The notes under the pieces were generated by a model that was given only the letters and a program-made list of their open reading frames with translations, ran no database searches and was not told the DNA's origin. Of a stretch of 64,000 nt of DNA, positions 11,260 to 25,354 are shown one piece after another. Positions within the stretch are counted from its first letter, which is position 1. The number at the start of each line of letters is the position of its first letter. Source of the stretch: Octopus vulgaris (Eukaryota); contig OX597815.1 of the NCBI GenBank assembly GCA_951406725.2, positions 163,370,001-163,434,000 on the forward strand, given 5' to 3'. The position numbers and the translations under genes are program-made.

Positions 11260-11952
11260 CAGCATTTCGCCCGGCGTGCTAACGTTTCTGCCAGTTCGCC
11301 ACCTTACTGCTAGCACATATAAACGCGAACGTGTAGGCATAATTTCTTCCATACTTTATTCTACACGAAGAAGGTTGCGAAATGATCGTAATCCCAAGGA
11401 TGTCATTTGCTGAAATATATATATATATTTTCACCTCTCTTACTTCCTTATTTTATGGTTTACATACTCTTCGTGAAATAATTCCATCAGTCGGATCTTC
11501 TGGTTTTCAGTTACATGGACACTTTACACTATACTTCTTTGTACTGGATTCCTATGAGAACTGTTAGCCGAGTCCGTAAGGGGAGCTTTTTGTGATAGAC
11601 ATACGATTCTTCGAATCCATATCATAGACTACTAATTTATATATACATTCTTTTATTGTTTTATATGTTTCAGTTAAAAGGCTGTGGCCATGATAGAACA
11701 CTATATATATTACACACATACAGGCACCCGCACACAAAAAGTGCATGGCTCAATGGTTAGAGCTTCGGGTTTACAATCGTAAAGTTGTGAGTTCGAACCG
11801 ACGACTGTGTTGTGTTCTTAAGCAAGACACTTTATTTTGCAGTTTTTGCAGTTCACTCTTCTGTAGAAATGATTTGCGACGTCACTTATGCCAAGTTGTA
11901 TCGGCCTTTGCATTTCCCTTGGACAGCATCGGTGATGCGGAGAGTGGTATGC

Positions 11953-12012
<60 letters not shown>

Positions 12013-12016
<4 letters not shown>

Positions 12017-12368
12017 AAAAACAGGATGCAAAGGATTTAGCGGTACATATGTTTCTGGCTTTATTAGACAGTATATATCAATGCATAATTGATGTAATAT
12101 GTATGTCAATAGCCTTCTTCAACCGCGCACAATTGCCACACCGAAAACATGTATTTGGTGTGGTAATTGTGCGCGGCTGAAGAAGGCTATTGACATACAT
12201 ATTACATCAATTATGCATTGATATAAACTGTCTAATAAAGCCAGAAACATATGTACCTCTAAATCCTTTGCATCCTGTTTTTCTTTTGATAAATATACCC
12301 TATCACCTACGCCACTAACTGGCATATACAGATGCTTACTGTTATCAAGTATTCACCCTGAAATTTTA
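12013..12368. mobile_element. Palindromic foldback element in (TA)n
   Basis: 12013-12143 and 12155-12286 are reverse complements. (TA)n lies on both sides. Confidence 0.85.
12173..12259 (+). ncRNA. Type I hammerhead ribozyme (right arm; mirror copy at about 12038-12126, minus strand)
   Basis: gcgg CTGAAGA a ggct...agcc a GAAA C ATAT G TA cctc. The mirror arm ends TA ccgc but has a TTGAAGA core. Confidence 0.75.
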
Positions 12369-13369
12369 TATATATATATATATTTGAAAACAATTCAACA
12401 TTAAACTGAAGTATTACCTAATTTTAGCAGAGCACATACATGCTTATTAAACTTTTGCAAAGAAAAGGTTGACAGTTATTTCGGTGTTTCGGTTTGCTTG
12501 CCTCCGAAAGACTGTGATGAAGGCGAGTAAACCGAAAATTCGAAGTCACTATCACCCATTATCTTTTAAAATTTTAATAAGCACACACACACACACACAC
12601 ACACACGTGCTTACACAAACATATAGTGCGCATGTGTGTATATCTGTGTGTGCGTGTTTATCTGTGTCTGTGTGTCTCTGTGTGTGTTTTCTGTGTGTGC
12701 ATGTGTGGTGTGTGTGTGTTTTCTGTGTGTGTGTTGGTTAGCAATATATTATTATGTAGTATATCAAACCACCGTTCCTGATAGATATAAAAAAATTTTT
12801 AATCCAACAAAAGAAAAAAAAAAAAGAAACGGAATCAAGAAGTTTGTGTGGAGCAAATGTAATAAATGTAACGTAGACGAATAAGTGTTTTCAGTTTAAT
12901 GGACCAAAGCTGTGCTAAACAACTCTCGTTATTGATTTCTTATACAGATACAAGACACTCTATATATAGAACTATGTGATGTCCAGGTCGTTCTCAAGCG
13001 TATCAACAATGTGTATGTCTAGCGAAATGACAACAATCAGAATTGAAGTAAATGTGGCAAATTCAGGTGTTATGAAACGTTACGCTTATTCCCTAAGAGA
13101 AAATAATATGGTTTGATGATGACGTCATAAGAATTTATAAAGTTTTCGAGAGAACGTGAAATAATTTTTTTTTTGTTTGCTTGGAACAGCGATCTCGATG
13201 CACAGAAAGTTTCAATAGTAGTATAATGAAAGTTGGGTTTTATAACCCTTTAGGACAGAAAATGTCATGTCTACACAAGAAGTGCACCACTGGCAGCCTT
13301 CAACTTTTTCCACTCACAAAAGACTTTTTCTAGTCCAATATTTACATGCTATCATTTATAGTAGCACAG

Positions 13370-13825
13370 CTGGCCTTGTGCCAAAATTTGAAATCAATAT
13401 TTATAGCAGCATAAAGACTGCGAGCTGGCAGAATCGTTAGCACACCATGTAAAATGCGTAGCGGCATTTGTCTTTTATGTTCTGAGTTCAAATTCCTCCG
13501 AGATCGACTTTGCTTTGCATCCTTTCAGAGTCGATAAATCAAGTACCAGCTGAGCACCTACCTTAAATAATTCCAGACCTTGTGCCTTTAGTAGGGTTTA
13601 GCATAAACGTATCTAGCCAGCAGAATCGTTAGCATGCCAGACAAAATGCTTAGCGGCACTTCATCCGTCTGTATGGCTTGAGTTCAAATTCCGCCGAGGT
13701 TGACTTTGCCTTTCGTCTTTTCAGAGTCGATGAAATAAGTACCAGTTGAGCACTGGGGTCGATGTAATCCATTAGTCCCTACCTTAAACAATTTTAGGTC
13801 TTGTGTCTCTAGTAGAAAGGATTAT
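13370..13825 (+). mobile_element. Cluster of SINE family B copies
   Basis: Three consecutive partial or full copies of the family B consensus. Confidence 0.7.
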
Positions 13826-16149
13826 TTACAATAGTATGTTTTCAGAGTTAATTTGGAGATAACCAGCTTGATCGGCGTTAAATTAGTGATAAACACCACC
13901 AACCCAGAATGAATCATCCAGAGATACTGTTTCTCTCAGGAGGGACCAGATGGGGCTCCTTTACGGGACATGTGAGGATTGAAAAAGGGCGAAGAAATTT
14001 ACACGTTTATTAAAATTAAGATGGTTTTTAAAGTTCTGAACTTTATCAAAACCACGGTGAAGAAAACCTCTGTTTTGTCTCTCCATTAATAAAGAGCCCA
14101 ACCTCATTTTGCACCTCGGACTGGTCTCACCAAAGGCGCGAGGAAACACCAGTAAGCATTAAATTTTTCTTGAATGTAAAACAAAGGAATTTAACGTTCT
14201 TAATGTAGTTACAGTTAGCTTGTGGGCTTCATTTCTCGGTGCATGAAAGAAAATAAATGTGAGTTAGGCACGTACAGGGAAAGAGGTGCCGGCTGAAGGG
14301 ATAATTTTTCAAAATAAAATACAATGTGATAGCCAATAAAATAGAAAAACGATTAAAAAATCTATTCTTTTTGTACAGTCCGGTACCGAATGGTCAGGAT
14401 CCCTGCTTTTAACATAACTTCCCAGGCATACCCGATTTAATACAGTGTGTGACAAAACTGGTCCTTTGAATTGCAGGTACAGTCTGACGGGCTTCTATAC
14501 AGTTTCATCCATGAAAATTCTAGGTTTGGTCCAATACATAGAAATGGTAAAACACAATTGGAAAGTATCCTATATATGTAATATTATGTGTTGTAAAGTT
14601 CGAATTTATTAAACTCCTTATATATGAGACCTATAGTATTTTGGACAAGGCTCCGTATTGTTATCTATGAAAGTATTCACTGGTTCAAAAATGCTGAATG
14701 TAATTTCGAATGAAATAAATGGCCATCCGGCCATGCCTGCGCCTATTCCTTACGTATGCGCATGCACAGCACATACATACACATACACCCGCTCATGTAC
14801 ACTCACATACATTATTGGTTCCTACCAAATCAAAAGCTGGAATATTTTCCCAAAGAATTGTGTCCTTCATTACTATTGTATACGTGACTCTCTTTCTTTA
14901 AGTATATGTATGTGCAATGCCGACCATCTTATTAATAAATCCTCCCAACAAGGGATTCAATACAATGAACCGTTGTCACCAGCGGAAACATAGTTGGTAA
15001 CAAAGAACAAAGCCATTAACAAGACAAAGAACTACTGACCAATTTCCTGACTTTTATTCTTGAAACAATTCTATTTGGTTACATCAACCATCCTACATTC
15101 TTTTACGTTTACTTAATGATTCTGCCTGTTCCACTTTAGTCATTACAGTGAAGACTATACTGTCCGAAAATATCCCTGAATAACCTATCTATGGAGCTAT
15201 GGCGTAGTGTCAAAAATATGATACAATGCAATTCATAGAAAGGAAACTCTAGAAAATGGACATATATGAAACTACGGAAGCATAGAAAGTATTGAAAACA
15301 GACTTAAAAATATATTGGTGGAATATGTTAAATGAAGTATCAGTGAATTGTAAATTTAAACAGACTGGACATAGTCATGTTGCACAGAGTTTGAAAGACA
15401 TTCACCATTGTGGAAATAATTGAGCAGACGTAAACATTATATCATGAATAAATGAAACGTAAAATGTCAATGAGAAATAAAACATATGGGGGTTGTACAT
15501 CAAACTTAGAGTTTATAACTGTGGCCATAATAGCACTTGGTTTATGTTGTTAAACTGAAGGCCCTCTCTCCTTCAGAAGATCTATGACGTGTAAGGATTC
15601 TGTCAAATGCAAAGGTACGATCTGTAAATCATGAATTTAGTTACATAACTGGTACTGCATGTCAAAGACTGACCATGCTCTTCAAGGAAGAAAATACTTC
15701 CGCTCCAACAATTAATGGCTCTCTACAAAGTTCAAACAAGGCCCAGTGTTTCATTATGAGCGCCTTTGCCATATTCTTTGAGAATGTAGATAATGTACAA
15801 AATTGTGGCGACACGAAGTATGTTGTTTTCTATTCTTCGTTGCTCAGGCAGGGTTGGCATAATCAGGTATAGATAAAATATATTGTTTATACATTAGTGT
15901 CATCCTTTTTTGTACAAATATGCAATATCCCAGCATGGTTGCATTTCATAAGAAGCAAAAGTATAAAGAACAAAAAAATAAAGAACAAAAGTATAAAGTT
16001 CCTGTGAATGCTCTATGTTTTGTGCGCTGTTTTGCTTCATTATTCGGTCTATCTTCCATATGTCCTGTGAATACTGAAATTGTATTTTTGATAATTCTAG
16101 CATTTTTCTGTTCTGTGTGTATGGTACATACATGTTGTTGAGTTGGGGG

Positions 16150-17760
16150 TACTTGATATTACCGGTTAAAAGGTGCTGCTGGATTTGTTAGGGACATCTG
16201 GGTTTATTTCCTTGAAGACAGTTTTCTGAGTGGTTGTTGTAGAGTGGAGTATTGTGAATTTGCATTGAGAAAGTGGTAGAAAGATATAACCGCGTCCTGT
16301 TACTGTGTATGAGGCTCTATGTCTGTTTTGTGTAGATGTACAAAAGCCATAACTTAAATTGCTGGAGTGAAATAACAGCTCTTCTGCGATGTTCCGTTTG
16401 AGAATTTTGTTGATTTTAAATGCGTTGCTACTGTTCTGTATATAAGATTAGCAACGTTAGTCAGAGTATTGTGTTATTTTCTTAGGACGTGTTTAATATT
16501 TGACTGACAGAAGGTAAATCTGAGTGATGTTTCTACCGTTGGGCGTTTTACGTATTCTAAGGATTTAATGTTTTGGTATGAGTAGTTCAATAAGGTGGTG
16601 AACTGGCAAAATCGTTAGCACGACGGTGAAAATGCTTAACGGCATTTCGTCCGTCTTTATGTTGTGAATTCAAATTCCGCCGAGGTCGACTTTGCTTTCA
16701 TCCCTGTGGGGTTGATAAAATAAGTACCAGTTGAATACTAGGGGCGATTTAATTAAGTAGCCCCTTCACATAAAATTTCAGGCCTTGTGTCTATAGTAGA
16801 AAGTATGAGTAGCTCAATATTTAGGGAAGAGCAATAATTCCTTTAAGTTCCTGTCTGTAATTTTGTCGAGGCCCAAGACTTTTGAATTTTGGGGATATTC
16901 TTATGTTCCTGGTATGTGTTTTGTTTCCATTGGCTTTTTCAGGAAGGAAGATGGGGCTCTGCTTATTGCATTCGCAGGGGCTCTGCAATCGGTGAGATTA
17001 ATGAATTTAATGTTCCCCTTTCAATATCGGCACTCTAATAGCTGCAGAAATGAATTCCAGAATATTGAGGTTCTGGACGAAGGGGTCTGGCTGTGCATTA
17101 TTAGTGATACACTCTACTCTTAGGGTGATGGGCACATGGGAAAATTTACAATTTTGGCTTTTGATTATGTGGTATATGAAGGGAGCTTCCTAATGGGACG
17201 ATTTCAGTTAGACCCCTACGTCTCTCCTGTGCATCAAAGGTGAAACATGTCAGCTATCGGTGATAGTACCGATCGGTCAGTTGAGTTGAAGTTTCATTGT
17301 AGCTTACTGCAGGCCTGCGTTGTATACTGTATAGATGTATTGTGAGTAGTAACGATAAGGCAATTGTCGGACAATTTGATGGTTAGGAGGTGAAAAAGAG
17401 ATCAAGAGGGTTTGAGGTACCATCGTTTGTAACGCCTTTTAATGTTCTGTGTACCATGCACTGAATTCATATGTTTACATATGTTATGACAACTTTGCCC
17501 AGGTTTGCTTTTCCTGTCTAATAATGGTGTATATAAGAAGGCTATAAGTTGGATGTTGGTTATATCGAGTCTATAGATATTAGAGAAGATGACAGATAAA
17601 TGTCAAGCAAATTCTGTGTTATCTTTTGGTATCCTAGGAATTGTAGAGTGCTGGTAATTTAAGAAATCACAATTTGGATTATTCCCTGTCGCGAGTCCAG
17701 CTGGAATGTATGCATCAGAAAGAACTCCGTTAAAGGCATTGCTGAACTCACCAGGATATG
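16150..17760 (-). pseudogene. Possible highly decayed Penelope-like RT/endonuclease remnant, interrupted by a SINE
   Basis: Scattered minus-strand peptides resemble PLE motifs in the right order (PLGSSL like MGSPL, HLPS like LPFL, YTKQT like YIGQT). There is no open frame. Confidence 0.3.
16593..16805 (+). mobile_element. SINE family B with about 17-bp TSD
   Basis: Family B consensus flanked by gtatgagtagttcaata and gtatgagtagctcaata. Confidence 0.8.
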
Positions 17761-17949
17761 GAAATAAACCCGTTCGCTTGATGTGCCTGTATCTCTTTCT
17801 ATCTCCAATCCTTCTGCGAACTCACTCAAACTGCCATATACAACATACGAGGCACATTAGACAAGGCAGATACGTGATGGGTTAGAGCAAAACGGTAACG
17901 CATCAACAGTATCTTAAACAACTTACAGCAACAAACAACTAAGACAGAC

Positions 17950-18001
<52 letters not shown>

Positions 18002-18041
18002 AGAGAAAGAGAGGCAGACAGACAGATAGCGATAGATAGGT

Positions 18042-18073
<32 letters not shown>

Positions 18074-18128
18074 CGTAGAAACAACAGTATTAGATGAATA
18101 TATATATATATACACACATATTTATGTA

Positions 18129-18221
<93 letters not shown>

Positions 18222-18237
18222 ACAGAGAGACAGACAA

Positions 18238-18316
<79 letters not shown>

Positions 18317-18909
18317 TAGATAGATAGATAGATAGACAATGAAAGTCGTGATTGAAGAGAGAGAAATTTAGAGAGGCGGACTGCAGATAATTACAGTTTT
18401 CACATTAATAGTTAATATCTGTAAAAATCTCTGAAGCAATCTATAAATAATTTCAATGGATGCAGGTCGATAGAGGTTTAAGTTAATTCGTTTTTTCCTT
18501 TTTTTTTTTTAACAGCATGAGTATTCAACAAAACTGCAGTTTGGGGAAGGAAGGAGTCAATGCCTCGATCGAAGGCGTATACCTTGTTTTTTGCTTTTTG
18601 TTTTTTGTTTTATTATGCCTTCATTGTGCGGTTTTTTGGTGACTTATTTTAGAAAAAAAAAAAAAAATATTTGATAAAAGATTCTGCTGCAGTGGTGCTT
18701 TGAGTGTTTGTATGATTCCTTGAAGTTATTAAATCTTGACAAGGGGTGTGGCGGAGATAATGATGCTGCCAATTTCTTTGTACCTTGTTTTAATACTTGT
18801 TTGTGGTTTGTGGGTCGATGGATACTTGCCAGCTCGATTCTTCTTTCTGTTTTAGGTCTTCTGTCATATGCTACAACTGTGGGTGTTTTGGTGAGTTTTA
18901 TTTCTACCG

Positions 18910-18979
<70 letters not shown>

Positions 18980-18980
<1 letters not shown>

Positions 18981-19337
18981 GTGTGGTAAGTAGCTTGTCT
19001 ACCACCCACATGGTTCCGGGTTCAGTCCCACTGCGTGGCACCTTGGGCGAGTGTCTTCTGCTATAGCCTCGGGCCGACCTAAGCCTTGTGAGTGGATTTG
19101 GTAGACGGAAACTGAAAGAAGCCTGTCGTATATATGTATATATATGTATGTGTGTGTGTTTGTGTGTCTGTGTTTGTCCCCCTAGCATTGCTTGACAACC
19201 GATGCTGGTGTGTTTATGTCCTCGTTACTTAGCGGTTCGGCAAAAGAATAAGTCCCGAGGTCGAGTTGCTCGATTAAAGGCGGTGCTCCAGCATGGCCGC
19301 GGTCAAATCACTGAAACAAGTAAAAGAGTAAAAGAGT
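18980..19337 (+). mobile_element. SINE family A
   Basis: gtgtggtaagtagcttg...gggttcagtccca...taaaagagtaaaagag tail. Confidence 0.85.
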
Positions 19338-19349
19338 ATATATATATAT

Positions 19350-20208
19350 ATCAATAATATAGGGTGAAATTAATTAATTTAGAAATAATCTTTAATTTCA
19401 CCAAGTAGAGTTCCGCATGTAAAAGACCCATTCAAGAAGATTTAAGTAATACTAATTAATTAAGGGTTCAGCAACGATTTGCCTCACCACACACCGAATT
19501 TAGAAATAGCAATCAAAAAGTTTTGGCTATTCTTTCTACTTAAAAGGGAGATCCCAGTAAAACCAAAGCACTTGAAAAATAAACGACGTAGGCAAAAGAG
19601 AAAGAAATGACGGAAATCATTCTGTATTAAGTTACCTACGGACGTACGTTTCGGAATCAAGTCATTGTAGAGCATAAAAATTAAATAATTATGTCTTACC
19701 TGACTATTTTCCTCCTCAGCATAGGATTCTTCAATTATAATAATTGCGTCTCAATTATTAATAATTGTGTATTAAATTTGAAGGCACTAGAAGACATCAC
19801 CTCAACTCATGGTATCAGAGCGAGCGTGAGCCTTACCAGTACCACCGAATTCAAAGGGTGAATGAAAGTAAATCACCTCCCCCCTTCCGCCAGCGTGCTG
19901 CGAAAATAAGATGCTACGGTTTTTTTACTGGGATGAAATACAATTATCAATAATATAGGGTGAAATTAATTAATTTAGAAATAATCATTAATTTCACCAA
20001 GTAGAAAGAATAGCCAAAACTTTTTGACTGCTATTTCTAAATTCGGTGTGTGGTGAGGCAAATCGTTGCTGAACCCTTAATTAATTAGTATTACTTAAAC
20101 CTTCCTTGAATGGGTCTTTTACATGCCGAACTCTACTTGGTGAAATTAATGATTATTTCTAAATTAATTAATTTCACCCTATATTATTGATAATTGTATT
20201 TCATCCCA
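19350..20208 (-). mobile_element. Retrozyme-like/PLE-like element: 596-bp unit, partial repeat, then inverted copy
   Basis: The terminal motif at 19350 recurs at 19946. About 20001-20208 is an inverted copy of the start. It begins at (TA)n. Confidence 0.8.
19635..19725 (-). ncRNA. Type I hammerhead ribozyme, canonical core
   Basis: Minus strand: cctatg CTGAGGA ggaa...ttcc GAAA CGTACG TC cgtagg. The extended stem II includes agtca/tgact. Confidence 0.9.
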
Positions 20209-20460
20209 GGGTGGGTGGATAGTAATTAGAATTAGAATTGATTATAGAATTTTTAGTATCCATGAAGTCATGACGAAACATTTTTTAAACAGACAAAATT
20301 TGTGACAAAATTTGAACTCAGAACCTTAAGAGCCGGAAAAAATATTACCAAAAGCAGCTTCGTCCAACTCGCTTCTTCAACAAAAACAGTACTGAAAGGA
20401 GACTCGAAAACACTGAAAAACAGAGCTCCAGCATGGCTCCAGCGTCTTCTTATTTTCCAG

Positions 20461-21035
20461 ATGGCCGACCGCTTGACTGTTCAGGAGCGAGGTAAGATAG
20501 TAGCATGCAGTGATGTTTGGAATTCCATTGCTTTGGTTCAGAGATGGTGGTGTGCATGGAAAGGTAAACAAGCAACAATACGTCCGGAGACAATAAAAAG
20601 TTTTCATGCAAAGCTGATAACCACGGGCTCTGTGAACGATGCAAAATTAAGTGGCCGTCCGATCAGCGGAGAACGCAGCAACAGTGCAGGAAATGCTTAA
20701 TCGCAGCCCGCAAAAATCAACGCGTCAAGCAGCTCGTGAAAGTGGATTGACAAGACACACAATACGTACGGTGTTGTATAAAGAATTGAATTTTTGTCCG
20801 TGGAAACCCCATTACATGCAGGAGCTAAAACTTGAAGACTGTGACCGCAGAATTCCAGAATTCCAGAACTTCAAGAAGTCTAGATCACATTCCATGTGAT
20901 TTTTACCTATGGGGTTACACAAGACATAACCTCGCACACTGGAGCACACTGGAGACACGGATTCAATGATATCCCAAACGACGTCCTTCAGAAGGTTGTT
21001 CATTCCATCCCTGATCGTTTGAGGAAACTGGCTTA
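20461..21035 (+). pseudogene. Internally deleted Tc1/mariner-superfamily transposase (DUF4817-type HTH)
   Basis: Frameshifted peptides TTGSVNDAKLSGRP and RSPQKSTRQAARESGL...KPH, then LDHIPCDFYLWG (SPDLTPCDFYLWG-like). Confidence 0.75.
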
Positions 21036-21092
21036 CGTTGAAATATGAAGACTTACTTACATTTTCCCATGTAATAAAGAACATGTATAATA

Positions 21093-21465
21093 TCTCTCTC
21101 TATATAAACGGCAGTTTGTCTGTCTGCGTGTCTGTGTGTCTGTTAGGTTGTACCCTCACCCTGACCACGGCTTTCAACCGATTCTGATGAAACTTGACAC
21201 ACACATAGCCCAATGTCATAATTCAAAACTAACGCAGCGAAAATTTTGAAAAGTTCCCCCAGTTCTGAAAAAAATCAATAAATTCGACATGGAGTCGAGA
21301 ATCAGAAACACAAACCACAGACTGTCTAGGGGACGCAACTCGACCTTTTTAACTTTTACCATCATTTTTTTCCCATTTTTTTGCTATTTTTTGGCTATAA
21401 CTCTCTAAAAATGCTTTATAGTTATTTCCCTTACAAATCCGAGCAACGCCGGGCGATACTGCTAG
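21093..21465 (+). mobile_element. Non-autonomous Helitron
   Basis: 5' TC after A, a (gtct)-rich 5' part, a subterminal GC-rich hairpin ccgagcaacgccggg and 3' CTAG followed by T. There is no TSD. Confidence 0.8.
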
Positions 21466-22017
21466 TGTCGTAATAAATTTGTAAAAGGAATACGGATTTT
21501 ATTACCAATTTTTAATACCTACTTACTTTTCATCTACCCTGTGTATATGTGTGTGTGTGTGCGTGTGTGTGAGTGTGTGCGTGTGTTCGTCTGTGTGTGT
21601 GTGTGCGTCTGTGTATGTGTCTGTGTGTCTGTGTTTATCCGCTCGCCATCGCTTCACAACCGATGCTCGTGTGTTTATGTTTGCGTAACATTGCCGTTCG
21701 GCAAAAGAGACCCATAAAATAATTACTAGGCTTAGAAAGAATAAGTCCTGGGGTCGATTTCTTCTATGGTGTCTAAATTTCCGAAAATGAACTTTTGTTT
21801 CCACACAATGGGAAGACATTTTCTTCTTAGTTTTGATGTGTATGCATGTGTGTGTGTGTGTGTGTGTGTGCATCTGTGTGTGTGAGAGAGAGAGGGGGGA
21901 AGAGAGAGAGAGGGGAGGGAGAGTGAGAGACAGATAGACAGACTTTCATGCTGAAAATCTGAAAGAGAACGGGAGAGAGAAGAGGAAAGCGAGTGAGAGG
22001 GAAAGCGAGAAAGAAAA

Positions 22018-22054
<37 letters not shown>

Positions 22055-22173
22055 TTCTTAAAACCTACATACATACTCCCCTACATACATACGTACGACA
22101 CAAGTATCATTATACATATGTGTGTGTGTGTGTGTATATATATACATAAGTGTGTGGTTATATGTATGAAAAG

Positions 22174-22263
<90 letters not shown>

Positions 22264-22695
22264 TTTCATACATACGTATATGCACGGATATACTGGTACC
22301 ATAGAAAGATAGAAGATTCCATCCAGAAAGTTGCTAAAATTTCCATTCTTAAAAAATAGACTTCAGTCTCCAAAGATAAGAAAGATTAAGTTAACGATGT
22401 TTAGGCAGACGAATAACAATACAAAACCGGTATTAGTATCTCCGATAAGGATGGGTACTACTTGAAACACTGATTACTCCCCTTCGTGTATCCCCGAAAT
22501 ATTTCGATAAGAGAAATAAATAAAGGTGTGACACATAGAGAAAACACTTCGATCAATTTATTAGAAAACTGAACAAAAAATAAATAAATAAATAAATGAA
22601 TGAATAAACGTACGCCATTTTGTTTTTTTGAACAGCTTAAGTTTAGCGCCGTGTCGTGGGCAATATATGAATTTATGGTGTGAAGTTATGGAAAG

Positions 22696-22756
<61 letters not shown>

Positions 22757-22867
22757 GCACACACACGCGCACACACACACGCGCACACACACACAATAAA
22801 AAAATAGCAATAGATAAAGAGATGAATATAGCAATAACAAATACAATGATAGATATTATATACTATA

Positions 22868-22944
<77 letters not shown>

Positions 22945-23239
22945 GTGTATTTATATATATATATATATATATATGTGTATATATATATATATATGTGTAT
23001 ATATATATATATACATGTATATATATATAATTATTAGTAAAATTATAATGAAGGGTATCTGTAGTTTTAGAGTCAGATTTTGGCTGCTATTTTCAGCATG
23101 GTGGTATCTCGTAGATATCCTAAATTATAATTTTAATAATCATTACCTTTGAAGGTTTTTATTTCCATGCTTGTCACTTAATCAGATCGATATTTAATTT
23201 AAATTAACGATCTTATCCTTATATATATATATATATATA

Positions 23240-23317
<78 letters not shown>

Positions 23318-23804
23318 AGGAATGGTAAAAGCTAACAAACATACATAGTAGGGAGTTAATTTTAGATGTCAAGCGATCTGCTTGTCATTGCAATCGTTTA
23401 AATTTCCATTCCACGACACCTGAAAAACAATAAGTAAGAGACAAATATAAATAAATAAGTAACAAAATAATTAAATAGACAAATAAATCAAAAACCTGTT
23501 TACTTTATGATTGTTATAAGAAAATACATTTGATTTCTTTATTATCTTTGCGTTTTAGTTAACGTTTCTGTTTTTTTTTTTACTTGTTCTCCTTGTCGAA
23601 AGTAATGTAAGCCAAACCGAATATTTAACGACAAATTTAGAACTTGGAACCACTTAATAGAATTGGTTATATATTGAATGAGCCTTCGTCATCTGTACCG
23701 CCGCCGCCGCCATAGATAATGAATAATAAAAGTCACAAGACGTTTCAATCAATAGACGAAATAATAAAATGAAACTAAGGAGTCAGATTATCCCCCATCC
23801 TCAT

Positions 23805-24070
23805 CCTCATTGCCACACATCCACCACCTTAGCAAACCTCGTCACCACCACCATCACCGCCACCAAGTTCACCATCACAACCAACACTACAACCGTCAGC
23901 ACAATCATCATTTTCAACACCACCACCACCGCTACCACACCATTATCATCATCATTAACATCGTCATCACTGCCACCCCACCGCACCACCATTACCATCA
24001 CCATCACTACTGCCACATCTACAAACACCACTATCATTACCACATCTACGACTACAACCATCAGAATCAT

Positions 24071-24142
<72 letters not shown>

Positions 24143-24143
24143 C

Positions 24144-24177
<34 letters not shown>

Positions 24178-24240
24178 TCTCACCCCACAACACCACGCCC
24201 ACCTGCATCACAATATCCTTCTCCTCATCATCCATCATAT
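23805..24240. repeat. Trinucleotide (ACC/ACT/ATC)n low-complexity tract
   Basis: Direct reading. It is the source of the poly-T/H/V ORFs. Confidence 0.95.
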
Positions 24241-25354
24241 TTATCTTAAGGCAATGAAGAATCGGAACTTCTATAGAGGAGAAGGATCTGCTAGAGATCA
24301 CAACTGAATCTCCCTAAATAAATCTCCCAGTAGAAAAATGAAAGACCAAGTCAGACGGTACAGTCTAAATAAAAGCAGAAAAAACAAAAACAAACCGATG
24401 CGTGATGGACACAGATGAAAAATGACGTATACATTGGATGTTATACTTCCTAAACCCGCTAAAAAGAAAACAAACTAGAAGAGCATCTTCGTAATCACTT
24501 CCATTATCTTCTAACTTCAATATCAGCGAAATACAAACTAAAACAATAATAACACTGTAACAAAATTGAAATGATTTTTCTGACTTTGGTCAGTAAGTGT
24601 TATTTCCTATTTGTTTCAGTCTAGAAATCAAAAGAAGTGACTACTATTCCCTTCACACTTTACTTTTATGAGCTGGACATCAATATTTTGAAGCTGACCT
24701 AATTTACATTACATTTCAGACAGTTTCTGAAGCAGAAATATCGTTACAGTAAATATTCTGCTGAATACCACAGATTTACTTGTCACTTACTAGAACATAG
24801 CCACTTGGGCATGTCCCTTAGTGACTGGCAATATGTGCATCTCTGATCACAAGAAGGAGTAGTAGTGGAGCATCATAGCCATGTGTAGAGAGGGATTCTT
24901 TGGGGTTTCAGTAAATCTAACAAAAGGCATTTTTCATACTTTTCATTGGTAGGCAAATAAGAAATAACAGTTGGTTTTCAAGGAGAAAAATCGTGTTACA
25001 CAGTGTAATGGTTTCTAACAGAGGCATAAAATCTATAGAATTTGGGGAGGATACAGTCGATTATCGCATCGCCAGTTTTTATTTGACAGCTATTTGGGGT
25101 TTGAGAGACAAGATGCGTTACGATGAAAGTTGGTCTACAATTTACAGCAAGTTGAGTAACTGAGTAAGAAAGGCAGGAGAAATGCAAAATCAATTGTCGC
25201 TGGATTTTAATGCAAAACTTAAAATATCCAACATTAGAGATGCACAAAATCTTCTAAATCTTAAGCCCCCGAACTGTAAAAAGTTAACCACAACACTACC
25301 AATTCTGTTGCTCAACTGCATTCAACACAGTTGATTATAATAATAGTTCTGTCT

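Noticed and set aside
12455-12560. Imperfect hairpin with tgatga...gaaa
   Set aside because: It is a degenerate foldback, and HHR stems cannot be assigned.
21184-21195. ctgatgaaac inside the Helitron as an HHR core
   Set aside because: There is no stem II between CUGAUGA and GAAA and no stem I or III pairing.
22437-22509. Possible HHR remnant (tatc t CCGATAA ggat...atcc cc GAAA tatt TC gata)
   Set aside because: Two core changes and extra bases make it too degenerate to call.
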